From an archaeon (GTDB lineage Archaea; Nanobdellota; Nanobdellia; Pacearchaeales; JAPDKA01): a DNA stretch of 64,000 nt. The notes below the pieces were generated by a model. That model was given only the letters and a program-made list of their open reading frames with translations, made no database searches and had not been told where the DNA came from. Below, piece after piece: positions 45,983-55,584 of this stretch; position 1 is the stretch's first letter; every line of letters begins with the position of its first letter. The position numbers were made by a program, and so were the translations under genes. The stretch spans positions 2,065-66,064 of the forward strand of contig JAPDKA010000003.1 of NCBI GenBank assembly GCA_029258825.1, in the 5' to 3' direction.

Positions 45983-46393
45983 ATGAAATTATATCATGGA
46001 TCTCCAAAAAAGTTGAAAGTATTAATACCGAAAAAAGCTAAAGGGATAGAAAAATTCGAAAACCAAAAAGCAATTTTCTTGACAAAATCGTTCCTACAGG
46101 CTGCCCTTTATGCTATAGGCAAAACGCTAAAGGGAAAAACAACCTTTGCATTACCTCCCAGAAAGCTTATCATAGTAGGAAAACATAAACCAAAATCTGG
46201 CTATGTGTATGAAGTTAACGTTAAAGCAAAAAGATTGCCGTTAGGTCAATACACCTATGATAAACCAATCAAGGAATTCAAAGTTTACAAAGTAAATCCA
46301 AAAGATTTTGAAAAACACATAATTTACGTTAAAACCAAACAAGAACTGATGAAGCTCGTTGATAAAGAGAAAAAACGAGGGAGTGCGTACTAG
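45983..46393 (+). CDS. hypothetical protein (N-terminal YHGS motif)
   Basis: 136 aa beginning MKLYHGSP, with no confident family. Confidence 0.4.
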   Translation: MKLYHGSPKKLKVLIPKKAKGIEKFENQKAIFLTKSFLQAALYAIGKTLKGKTTFALPPRKLIIVGKHKPKSGYVYEVNVKAKRLPLGQYTYDKPIKEFKVYKVNPKDFEKHIIYVKTKQELMKLVDKEKKRGSAY

Positions 46394-46630
46394 GACAGTC
46401 TCTTTGTGGGGCTTGTTCATAGCTAGGCAAGAGAGGACATTATCACATCATATATTTTAGATAGGAGCCACAAAAAGATGAGGGTTATTGCAATAGTTAT
46501 TACAACTGCAGCAAGCTTTTTAGGGCTCATAAGATAATTAAGAATCTGTCATTTTTATACATTTATCTTGTGTCTTTATTTTGAAGTAATAGCCGAAATA
46601 CTTAAAAAGAATTAAATTTTATCAATTAAC

Positions 46631-46912
46631 ATGAACCGGGATCGAATGATGAGGGGACTGAAAAGAAGAAGAAGGAGAAATTTAGAATATCAACTGGGAG
46701 AACTGGAGAAAGAAGAGATAAGGGTGGTTGATGGTATGTATGAAGGTGTTTATTTTCCCATCATATCTGATCTTTTTGGAATAAATCTTTATGTAACATG
46801 TGGTAATTGTAGAAGAGGGTTTAGACGAAGAGTTGATAGACTTCCAAAATATCTCGTATGCCCTTATTGTGGATCTATTAACCGTTTCAGACGAATACGA
46901 AAAGTTTTCTAA
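46631..46912 (+). CDS. Arg-rich zinc-ribbon protein
   Basis: CGNC...CPYCGS C4 ribbon and an RRRRR N-terminal cluster. Confidence 0.45.
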   Translation: MNRDRMMRGLKRRRRRNLEYQLGELEKEEIRVVDGMYEGVYFPIISDLFGINLYVTCGNCRRGFRRRVDRLPKYLVCPYCGSINRFRRIRKVF

Positions 46913-47043
46913 TTGGTTTTTGAGTGCTTTTTTTAGATTTTATCTAATGCTATGTTGATTTCTTTATTAATGCGTATTCCTTTATTTCAACCACCATTAT
47001 GAGGTTATTTTTCTTTCTCCATAGAAAGAAATTAGGTCAAAAA

Positions 47044-50013
47044 TTATTTTTTATGAATTACTTCAAAAATCGATTTAATAGTATCGAACCAATATTTTTT
47101 ATAACCCTCCGAAGGCTTATTTTTATCTTTTGTAAACAAGAAAAGAAATACTCTTATTTTGAAATTGTTATGAGTAAAAGCCTTAGGTTTTTCTTTTTCT
47201 TCAAAGAATTTTCTAAACCAGTCAACTTTATGTTGATATTCTGATCTACCTATGCCTTTTGGATCTACAAACACAATAAAGTAGTTGTCTCCCTTAGCAA
47301 ACCAAAATATAAAATCTGGTTTAAACTTTCGAATTTTATTCGATTCAGGATCATAATAAGGTATAAAAACCTCGTCAAAATATTCATCTATTTTACTGAA
47401 TAACCACCAATCTACAGATATACTTTTTATATTTTTCTTAAGGAATTGCTCTAATTTCTCAATAAATTCTACTTCACTTTTTGTTTTTATCACATGTTTA
47501 ATGTAATCAATCTTTTCTTTTTCTGAAAGGATTAAGGGAACATAATAATGGTTTATTATATGTTTTATTCTCAAATCTTTAAATCTTTCTTCCTTTGAAA
47601 GTCTGGCAAGTTTTTCTATTTCGGTAGCGAATTCGTCTATTTTTATCTCACCTTTTTCAAGCATAATTTTTAACTCCTCTTTTCTCTTCTCAGAAAACCT
47701 AAATTGAGAAACATTTCTTATTTTTTCTTTTAGCTCATTCATTTCTTCTTTCGTTTTTAGAAATACTTTAATTTTCTTAAAATGCACTATTTCCTCCTCG
47801 AGTTTCTTAAATCTATCAAATTCTTCGATATCCAAATTAAAGTGACTTATTAATTTTTGTGCTATTACAAATAAGGGTAAAGTCGGATTGTCAACGATTC
47901 TATAATATGTGTTTGCATTTTGAAAACTTTTTTTTATATGTTGCAACAATTCTACAGACAAATTGTTTTGCATAAGTAGAACTCTATCGTCTATTTCATT
48001 AAAGTATTTTTGAAGTAATTCATAATCTTGTTGAGATATAATGAACTTCTGTGGTTCTTTTATTTGATACAATTTTTTACCAGAGAATTTATAAACAGGA
48101 ATTAAAAGTATTTTCTCTTTAGCTTCTTCAACCACTTCCAATTCAAGAGTTTCTTCTATCTCTTTCTCTATTTTTAATGTTTTTATAACTTCTTCCAGGG
48201 CACTTCTGTTTGTACCGAAAATGAATAACGTCTCTAAAGGCTGAACTAAAAAATCTCCACCAATTTCCATGAACATTTCGTCATCTTCTCCTCTATTGTA
48301 AAGATTTTTTAACCTCTTTCTTCTATCTTTAATAGGTTCTATTCTTACTCCTCTTCCAACAGATTGAATGACGAATTTCTTTGCTTCTGTACCAGTACCT
48401 ATATTTATGAAGAGAATTATATTTGGTCTGTTTGAATCCCATCCCTCATAGAAAGCTCTAGATCCCATTAAAATGCTTATATCTTCTCTTCTATCTAGCT
48501 CCTCAAATACACTCTTATCTTCAAATTGTTCGGTCGGAGTATATTTGTAATCTTTCAAGTTGTCTTTAACCCATTTTAGTGCGTTTCCTATTCTAATTAA
48601 TGCAAATGCTTTATGACTACTTTTCAATTTAAGTACTATTTCTTTATTCGTGCCTGGAATAAGGGTATATTCTACTTGACCAAATGAAGAAGAATTATAA
48701 ACAAATTTTAATATGTCTTGGAGAGTTATCTTTTTTAGAATATCTCTTTGAATGATTAGTGGAATACTCTCATACAATAGCAAAGGTTTTTCAGAAAGTT
48801 CTTGTAAGATTTCCTCTTTAGCCTCCTCAAAAATCTTGGTGTTGACATCACCTTTTCCAATTTTTTCTATTTCTTCAAAAAATAATTTTAGATCTGGTTT
48901 CTCTTGCTTTGCTTCTATAAGATTGACTGTGTTAACTAGAGTTAACATCAATGGCTCGTGATAAACATTTTTTACAACTTTTCTTATCTTTTTTGCAATT
49001 TTCTTAACATAAGTCAAAAGAATCAAAGATTTCAAAACAATTTTTTGCTTTTCAGCTCTATTATAATCTTCCTTTTCCCTAAAAGCCCTTATCTCTTGTT
49101 TTAAAATATAAATGTGCTTTCCGTAACCTTGGGAAATAAACTTTTCTAAGTTAAAGTTATAAGCAGTAGTTATTCTATCGTGCTCATCAGTAAATGTTGC
49201 TGAAAAATTAAATAAAAATCCGTTTCTACTCATTATGGAGTAAATAAATTTAGCTTTTGATTCTTGCATTTTACCTTTGTGTGCTTCATCCAAAATTATG
49301 TACCAGTTACCATTATTTTCATAATTTCTAAAATCTATTCTTACGATTCCTTTCTCGTCCACAACATTTGTTGATTTGTAGAAAAATACACAAATTTGAT
49401 TGAAATATGAAATTAAACTCTCTTTTTTTATTTTATCATACTCTGTCAACTCTGCAAGATTTACTTTAAATCCCCTTTCCATTGCCAATTCATTAAATTC
49501 TTCTATATGCTTCTTTAATTGATTTATTAAATCATCTCTATGAGTCAAAATTAGAATATCTTTCTTCGGAATTTCTCCAGCATCCATCAATTTTTTTAGA
49601 ACTTCTATTAATTTTACTATCAACAAAGTTTTCCCGCTTCCGGTAGCCATCCAAAAGGCGGCTCTGTTTATAAAATTCTTGAATTTTATATTTCCATCTT
49701 CTATTGGATAATATTCCTGAAGAATATTGGCTATTTTTCTCTTAACCTTTGCTAATTTTATATCTAAATTTCTTTCTAAATCTTCATCTAAACCATTAAG
49801 CACATATCTTTGATAAAATTTTGATTTATCTGCTTGATCTTCTTTGAAGAAAAGATAAAGTACTTTAATAGCATTTTTCAGTCCTTCTTGTTGAAAATCC
49901 CAAAGTTTTTTCTTTTTTGAAAAACTTACTGTATCTAATAAACTCCAAGGGGTAGGTAAATCATCAAAATTTATTTCTTCAACTATTGATTGGAGGATGG
50001 GTCTAAGGATCAT
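47044..50013 (-). CDS. res: Type III restriction enzyme Res-like protein: SF2 DEAH helicase with C-terminal PD-(D/E)xK nuclease
   Basis: Q-motif LWDFQQEGL, Walker A WMATGSGKT, DEAH box ILDEAHKG, motif III SAT, motif VI QSVGRGVRI. C-terminal FKPDFIFWF...IVFVDPKG is a PD...D-x-K nuclease motif. 989 aa. Confidence 0.75.
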   Translation of the reverse strand: MILRPILQSIVEEINFDDLPTPWSLLDTVSFSKKKKLWDFQQEGLKNAIKVLYLFFKEDQADKSKFYQRYVLNGLDEDLERNLDIKLAKVKRKIANILQEYYPIEDGNIKFKNFINRAAFWMATGSGKTLLIVKLIEVLKKLMDAGEIPKKDILILTHRDDLINQLKKHIEEFNELAMERGFKVNLAELTEYDKIKKESLISYFNQICVFFYKSTNVVDEKGIVRIDFRNYENNGNWYIILDEAHKGKMQESKAKFIYSIMSRNGFLFNFSATFTDEHDRITTAYNFNLEKFISQGYGKHIYILKQEIRAFREKEDYNRAEKQKIVLKSLILLTYVKKIAKKIRKVVKNVYHEPLMLTLVNTVNLIEAKQEKPDLKLFFEEIEKIGKGDVNTKIFEEAKEEILQELSEKPLLLYESIPLIIQRDILKKITLQDILKFVYNSSSFGQVEYTLIPGTNKEIVLKLKSSHKAFALIRIGNALKWVKDNLKDYKYTPTEQFEDKSVFEELDRREDISILMGSRAFYEGWDSNRPNIILFINIGTGTEAKKFVIQSVGRGVRIEPIKDRRKRLKNLYNRGEDDEMFMEIGGDFLVQPLETLFIFGTNRSALEEVIKTLKIEKEIEETLELEVVEEAKEKILLIPVYKFSGKKLYQIKEPQKFIISQQDYELLQKYFNEIDDRVLLMQNNLSVELLQHIKKSFQNANTYYRIVDNPTLPLFVIAQKLISHFNLDIEEFDRFKKLEEEIVHFKKIKVFLKTKEEMNELKEKIRNVSQFRFSEKRKEELKIMLEKGEIKIDEFATEIEKLARLSKEERFKDLRIKHIINHYYVPLILSEKEKIDYIKHVIKTKSEVEFIEKLEQFLKKNIKSISVDWWLFSKIDEYFDEVFIPYYDPESNKIRKFKPDFIFWFAKGDNYFIVFVDPKGIGRSEYQHKVDWFRKFFEEKEKPKAFTHNNFKIRVFLFLFTKDKNKPSEGYKKYWFDTIKSIFEVIHKK

Positions 50014-50720
50014 AGTTTTTCACCAAAGTGTTTCTTATGAAGCTCTTTAATTAAATCTAAAATGTCTTGAAAATTAGTCTCCTCTATTTCTTTTTTAGTA
50101 GCGATATGATAAAGTGAATGTGCCATTTCATTAGCTCTCTCTTTAAATCTATCGGCTAATTGACATATTCTTTCTACAATTTTTCTTTCACTTTCAAAAT
50201 CCTTGCTATAGATACTAAGATTTTTCAATAAAACATTGAAATCGTGATTTCTTTTTCTATTAAAGTCAAAATACTTTTCTTTATGTTCTTTCTTCTTTTC
50301 CGGATATTTTTTCCGTAGAATTTCTACTATCAAGTTTTCTAACACTTTTCTCATTAATACAAAACAGGCAGTATAACATTTATGGGTGTATGTTTTATTG
50401 ATCTCATTGATATGAGCTTTTAGAAATTTGTTGTTAGTTTCAAATTTTGCAATTTCTATGATTTTTCTTTTTTTATATTGTTTAGGTATTTTAATAGTAA
50501 CCTTTTCTATTTTTATATTTTCCATCGACTTTCTATCTTCTTCTGATAAATATTTTGCAACAGAAATTCCTTTTTTTTTAGCAAATATATGTGCTGCGGC
50601 ATTTATTGTAAGTTGGGGGTAGTCCCTTCGTATTTCTGATAGTTTAGTTCTGATACTTCTTTCTTTACATCCGGTTCTTTTTTTTAAAATTTCTAAAATT
50701 TTAGGATTAAGTCTTTTCAT
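50010..50720 (-). CDS. HEPN-domain protein, DUF4145-like (restriction-system-associated)
   Basis: YTACFVLMRKVLENLIVEIL...FKERANEMAHSLYH has the DUF4145-type conserved helix and Rx5H (RANEMAH). The stop overlaps the res ATG (ATGA). Confidence 0.5.
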   Translation of the reverse strand: MKRLNPKILEILKKRTGCKERSIRTKLSEIRRDYPQLTINAAAHIFAKKKGISVAKYLSEEDRKSMENIKIEKVTIKIPKQYKKRKIIEIAKFETNNKFLKAHINEINKTYTHKCYTACFVLMRKVLENLIVEILRKKYPEKKKEHKEKYFDFNRKRNHDFNVLLKNLSIYSKDFESERKIVERICQLADRFKERANEMAHSLYHIATKKEIEETNFQDILDLIKELHKKHFGEKL

Positions 50721-50994
50721 TTTTATCGCTTGATTTCTTACGTTTTGAATAAAGGTAAGATGAAACGCTTCCTCGGTCTTTATATCCTAGAATATCGGCT
50801 ATTTCTGTTGGTGTGAAATTGAGAGAATGTAGTATTTTAACTGAAGTTTCAACTGTAAATTCTTTTTTACCTAAAATTTTGTGCAACTCTATAAAAAATC
50901 TAATAATCGCATTTAATCTTTTTATAACTTTTATGTTCTCGTTTTCTTCGCTCAAACGTTTTTTACTTTTTCTTTGTTTTTTCATCTTTAACAC
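50707..50994 (-). CDS. mini HTH protein, paralog 4 of a tandem array (sigma70-r4/LuxR/HTH_10-like)
   Basis: A hydrophobic helix LNAIIRFFIEL followed by NFTPTEIADILGYKDRGSVSSYL. Overlaps its neighbours at both ends. Confidence 0.5.
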   Translation of the reverse strand: MLKMKKQRKSKKRLSEENENIKVIKRLNAIIRFFIELHKILGKKEFTVETSVKILHSLNFTPTEIADILGYKDRGSVSSYLYSKRKKSSDKNEKT

Positions 50995-51160
50995 CTTTTA
51001 TTTTACTTAAAGGAAGAATGTGACGTACAGTACTATCGTCAATATTTAAAATTTTTCCAATATCTTTTGAGGTAAGACCAACTTGTGCCAGTTGCAGAAT
51101 TAACAAAATAGTCAATTTTTTGTCGATCTCTTCTAACTTTTTTAATATTTTTTCATTCAT
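50963..51160 (-). CDS. mini HTH protein, paralog 3
   Basis: LTILLILQLAQVGLTSKDIGKILNIDDSTVRHIL. Confidence 0.5.
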   Translation of the reverse strand: MNEKILKKLEEIDKKLTILLILQLAQVGLTSKDIGKILNIDDSTVRHILPLSKIKGVKDEKTKKK

Positions 51161-51386
51161 TTTTCTTACCTCTTTTTAATAAGGATTTTTCTTTAGCCAC
51201 ATATTTTTCGGAGATGTCGAGTATTTTAGCAATGTCTTTATTACTTAGACCAAATTTAGATAATAGTTTTACCCCCTCTTTGATTGTGAGTTGTTTACCT
51301 TTAAGATTTAAAAATATAAGTACACTTAATTTTGCGCTTATTTCTTTGAATATTTTTTCTATCTCCCCTACCATTTTATTCACCAT
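51153..51386 (-). CDS. mini HTH protein, paralog 2 (closest to the LuxR/GerE-type consensus)
   Basis: LSVLIFLNL...LTIKEGVKLLSKFGLSNKDIAKILDISEKYVAKEKS resembles GLxNKEIAxxLxISxxTV. Confidence 0.55.
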   Translation of the reverse strand: MVNKMVGEIEKIFKEISAKLSVLIFLNLKGKQLTIKEGVKLLSKFGLSNKDIAKILDISEKYVAKEKSLLKRGKKNE

Positions 51387-51630
51387 TTAAAGCTTTCTTT
51401 AATTTTTCTCTTCGTTTTTTAATTGTTGAAATCTCAACTGCTATATAGGATGGTTTTTTGTTTAGTAATTGTGCAATTTCCTTATAGTTTAATCCTGCAT
51501 TATACAAGGTTGCAATTTTTTCTCTAAGTGTAATTTCTTTTTCTGTATAACCTTCTCTCAAATCTATAAGTAACGCTATAATCATGTTAAGCTTCTTTAG
51601 TAATTGTTCACGAAATTCTTTTTCTTCCAT
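51376..51630 (-). CDS. mini HTH protein, paralog 1
   Basis: MIIALLIDL...ITLREKIATLYNAGLNYKEIAQLLNKKPSYIAVEIS. Confidence 0.55.
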   Translation of the reverse strand: MEEKEFREQLLKKLNMIIALLIDLREGYTEKEITLREKIATLYNAGLNYKEIAQLLNKKPSYIAVEISTIKKRREKLKKALNGE

Positions 51631-51736
51631 AGTAATATTTTAACTAAATTAAACTTTAAAAACTTTTTGGTTATTGTTTTTTTTCCTTGAAAAATGCATT
51701 TTTCAAAAATGTGAAATTTAGTTTTATTTAGTTAAG

Positions 51737-54229
51737 TTACCACCATATTAACGGTTTAATTATCTTGTAATCCAAATCCTTAATGTTAATCTTTTCTTCA
51801 TCTTCAAACTCAACATAATCTTTTCCAACTTTCTTTATCCATTTTCCAAGCAAATTTGAAAGAGTTTCGGCTATGTCAATATTTTGATAAAGTTTTTCTA
51901 AATTAACTTTTACTTTCTTGTTTTTATAATCAATTTCCAAACCTTCCAATAATTTCAAATCTTTCATAAAAATGTATTGATTGTAAGGGTCTTGTGTTGG
52001 ATCAAAGAAGGGATCGGTATCAGCATATTTCACTCTTCTTAAGGTGTCCTCGTATTGTTCTAATTCATAATACTTAAAAAATCCACCACCTTTCCATCCT
52101 ACTTCTTTGGAGATTCCATAAGGTTCGTGATTCCCTTTTCCTGCTAAGACTTCTTTCATTCTTACTAAAATCCCACCTAAAATTTTTCTTCTTTCATCTA
52201 AGAAAGGATAGAAATGATCTCCCATTTCTATACCTATCCATTTTCTGTTCAATTTATGAGCTACTGCTGTAGTAGTACCAATACCTAAAAAGAAATCTAA
52301 TACTATATCTCTCTCTTTAGTACTTACCTCTATAATTCGTTTAAGAAGTCTCTCATGATTTTCTGTAGAAAAACCCCATGCAGGAACGACAGAATAACCA
52401 GGTATGTCCATCCAATTTGTGCCAATTGTCTTTTTATCCAGCAATATCTTAATTTTGTTATTTTCGATCTTCACCTTTCCTAGCTTGTATAATTTTTCAA
52501 TATTCTCTTGCGATTGTACCCATCTTCTAAATCTAGGTGGATAAAATTTTTTACCTTCTAATATAATAGGATCATTTTCCGCTTTAGAAGACGGACGAGT
52601 GCCTAAATCGACCCATTTTGGTTTTATGTCACCCCAGATAGAATTAAATCTAAATTTATCAGTTTTCGAATATACTAAAAGATTTTCGGTTTCTTCAACA
52701 AGATTTTTATCACCTGTCTTAGGAAGTCCTTGATTTCTTTTGATATCTATTTCATTCCTGAAATTTTCCTTACCAAAAATATCATCCATCAAAAATCTAA
52801 CATAATGATTTCCATGATAATCGATTCTCACATAAATACTTCCTGTATCTTTCAAAATTTCCTTAGCCAATCTTAACCTATTTTCCATCATTGTAATCCA
52901 AGCAGAATCTAAGAATCTGTTAATGTACATTGTAAATTCATTGCTTCCTGTGTTGAACGGTGGATCTATATAGATTAACTGTACCTTTTCTCTAAATCTT
53001 GGTAAAATTGTATTCAAAGCTTGCCAGTTTTCACTTTTAATTAACCAACCATCTAGTTCTTCATCCAAATTATCAAACAAACTCAAAATTTCAAGCTCTA
53101 AATCTTTGAAATACTTTGTATCGATTGGTAAATACTGATATTTTGGATTTAGAGATTTTCCTTTAAGAGTTGTTATAAAAATTTCTTTAGGATTAAACCC
53201 ATCATCAACGATTCCCAATTCTTTCCATTCTTTAATCTGCTCTTTAAAATTAGGATGTTTTAAAATTTTTTCAATAATTTCTATTCCTTTTTCTTTCTTA
53301 GCAATTCTATCTAATGTAATCACATAATTGCTATTCAAAACAAACTTTGGTTTCTGCCAAATTTTAACTAATTCATCTTCAAATTGAGAAATAAAATCAA
53401 TTATTTTGTAAGCAACTTCTTTCAAGACTTTTAGTTGTTTTATCCTTTCTGGCGTAAACTGAGTTTTATCTGAATAGACATATTGATAAAGCCACAAATC
53501 AAATTGCTCCTTCAAGAATTTATTAGCATTTTTATTTATAAAATAATCTATTTCGTTTTGCTTTTCAAAAACTCTAAAAGCTCTTTCTAAAGTTTCTTCA
53601 TCTAATACAATACCCTTCTCTTTTAATGCTTTCAAAATATCTTTTACTTTCTTCTTCCTTCTTCTTTCAGAATAATAAACATAAAAAACTATTTTCCTGT
53701 TTTCTATTCCCTTAAGTTCGTAAATTAATTCTCTTTTTTCCCAAGCCTTTTTATGCTGTAATTTTGATACGTCAAAGAAAAACTTAAAGCCGTTAATAGA
53801 CACTTCCATATTTTTTGGTTGAATGTCGGTTTTGACATAATAAAGCATGTGAGTCTTCCAAAACATCACAACATCTTTATTTTCAGTATAAACTCTTTCA
53901 AAAATCCTCTCACTGAAAGGAGTATGTCTAAAGTAAATAGATCCGCTCTCACTAAAGTATCTTTTAAAGAAACTATAAAGTTTATCAAACAATTCTTTTT
54001 TGAATGCTGGGAATTCTTTTGTTTTCTCTTCAATTTCTTCCTTCAGAATTTTGAAAATCTTATCAAAGTATTTTGATTTAATCCTCATTAGATTTATGTA
54101 CCCAGATTCTCCTTCTATCTCTTCACCTATAAAAACATCTTTTAAGGCTTCAAAGAATCTTGTTTCCCCATTTATAAACTGAATGTGCTCTTCACCCAAC
54201 CTTTTAGGCATACAAATTAAACCCAGCAA
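51737..54229 (-). CDS. mod: beta-class N6-adenine/N4-cytosine DNA methyltransferase (Type III Mod-like) with about 400-aa N-terminal extension
   Basis: Motif IV LIYIDPPFNTG precedes motif I LDFFLGIGTTTAVAHKLNRKWIGIE, the beta-class order seen in Type III Mod and M.PvuII-type enzymes. 830 aa. Confidence 0.75.
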   Translation of the reverse strand: MLGLICMPKRLGEEHIQFINGETRFFEALKDVFIGEEIEGESGYINLMRIKSKYFDKIFKILKEEIEEKTKEFPAFKKELFDKLYSFFKRYFSESGSIYFRHTPFSERIFERVYTENKDVVMFWKTHMLYYVKTDIQPKNMEVSINGFKFFFDVSKLQHKKAWEKRELIYELKGIENRKIVFYVYYSERRRKKKVKDILKALKEKGIVLDEETLERAFRVFEKQNEIDYFINKNANKFLKEQFDLWLYQYVYSDKTQFTPERIKQLKVLKEVAYKIIDFISQFEDELVKIWQKPKFVLNSNYVITLDRIAKKEKGIEIIEKILKHPNFKEQIKEWKELGIVDDGFNPKEIFITTLKGKSLNPKYQYLPIDTKYFKDLELEILSLFDNLDEELDGWLIKSENWQALNTILPRFREKVQLIYIDPPFNTGSNEFTMYINRFLDSAWITMMENRLRLAKEILKDTGSIYVRIDYHGNHYVRFLMDDIFGKENFRNEIDIKRNQGLPKTGDKNLVEETENLLVYSKTDKFRFNSIWGDIKPKWVDLGTRPSSKAENDPIILEGKKFYPPRFRRWVQSQENIEKLYKLGKVKIENNKIKILLDKKTIGTNWMDIPGYSVVPAWGFSTENHERLLKRIIEVSTKERDIVLDFFLGIGTTTAVAHKLNRKWIGIEMGDHFYPFLDERRKILGGILVRMKEVLAGKGNHEPYGISKEVGWKGGGFFKYYELEQYEDTLRRVKYADTDPFFDPTQDPYNQYIFMKDLKLLEGLEIDYKNKKVKVNLEKLYQNIDIAETLSNLLGKWIKKVGKDYVEFEDEEKINIKDLDYKIIKPLIWW

Positions 54230-54335
54230 ACTTTTTTAACCTTTTCTATCCCCGCACAGTCAAAAATCCTGCCGACTCAAAACCAACCTTACCAACCATA
54301 TTATAGAGCTTAATGAATTTAATGAATTTTACGTT

Positions 54336-55580
54336 TTACTTTAGTATGTATTTCCACAATGGAACGTATTCAATTTTATTTTCCTTTTTTTCAATATCCT
54401 CAGTTATTATTAAAATTTTCTTTGGTTTAAATTTTTTCTCAAAATAGGAGATATTTCTTATTTCGTTTTTTCCTATTTTCTTTCTGTACTTAACCTCTAT
54501 ACCAACAACATCTTTTCCGTTAACCACGAAGTCTACTTCCTTATTACCTTCTCTCCAATAGTATTTTGCTTGACTCTCAAACAAAACCAAATTTTCTGCA
54601 ATCTTTCCTTTTTCCTCAAAACCGTAAACAAGAGAAAAACAAGGGTGCGAAGGATAATACCTCTTCAATTTTCTTGACGAAGCCCTCCTAGAACCCTTAA
54701 AGTTCCTCAGACTCTTTATTAAAAATCCGTTCTCCAAATAAAAAAGATAATTACTTAAGGCCTGTCTAGTAATGGCCAACTCGTTTGCCACCTCATTTAA
54801 ATTAATCATTATTCCTGGCATATTAGCAATTATTTCGACAATCTTTCCAACTATTTCTGGTTCCCTAACATTAAAAAGCTGTGTAATATCCTTTAATACA
54901 ATCATATCTATTATACCCTCTTTCAAATATCTTTTTGCCAAAGTTTCATTTGCATTAATAATCTCTGGAAAAGGTCTAAGCAAATAGTTATTTAACTCTA
55001 TTTCTACCTCTCTTTTCCACAACCTGACATTTTCTCTGATTTTCTTAATATCTTTACCTTTTAACTCTAAAAATTCTTCAAACAATAAAGGAGTCAAATA
55101 AAAATAAAAGATTCTTCCAGCCAGGCTTTCCTTAGCTTTTAACATAACATTAAGAGAAGCAGATCCAGAAACGAAAAACTTCATATTAGGAAAAGCATCA
55201 TAATAAATCTTTAATTTATTCTGCCAATCTTTCAATTTTTGTATTTCATCGAGAAAAACAAAAATTTTCTCTTTTTGAAGGCTCTTAAGCAAGATTTCCT
55301 TTTCATAAAAGTCAAAAAGTTCTTCTAAACTTATAGAGGATTCATCAAAAGAAAAATAAAGAATATTTAAAGGATTAATTCCTCTCTTAATAAGATAATC
55401 AATTACTTGATACATCAAAGTTGTCTTTCCTGTTCTCCTAAGCCCTACTACGGCTATTATTTGTCTTACTTTCAAATATTTCAAAATTTCGCTAAAAAGA
55501 TTTCTCTTAAATTCTGGAACAAGTTCTTTCCTTACTTCCCCCTCCTTCCACCAAGGATTAAGCATCTCTATTACTTTCAT
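54336..55580 (-). CDS. AAA+ ATPase, COG1373 family (AAA_14 + DUF4143)
   Basis: Walker A GLRRTGKTT and Walker B FVFLDEIQ. Fourth paralog in the window. Confidence 0.7.
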   Translation of the reverse strand: MKVIEMLNPWWKEGEVRKELVPEFKRNLFSEILKYLKVRQIIAVVGLRRTGKTTLMYQVIDYLIKRGINPLNILYFSFDESSISLEELFDFYEKEILLKSLQKEKIFVFLDEIQKLKDWQNKLKIYYDAFPNMKFFVSGSASLNVMLKAKESLAGRIFYFYLTPLLFEEFLELKGKDIKKIRENVRLWKREVEIELNNYLLRPFPEIINANETLAKRYLKEGIIDMIVLKDITQLFNVREPEIVGKIVEIIANMPGIMINLNEVANELAITRQALSNYLFYLENGFLIKSLRNFKGSRRASSRKLKRYYPSHPCFSLVYGFEEKGKIAENLVLFESQAKYYWREGNKEVDFVVNGKDVVGIEVKYRKKIGKNEIRNISYFEKKFKPKKILIITEDIEKKENKIEYVPLWKYILK

Positions 55581-55584
55581 ATTA

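Noticed and set aside
46455-46562. Possible 35-aa single-TM peptide on the minus strand (MSPKKLAAVVITIAITLIFLWLLSKIYDVIMSSLA)
   Set aside because: Plausible micro-protein, but it is below any reliable calling threshold and has no upstream promoter motif that I can see.
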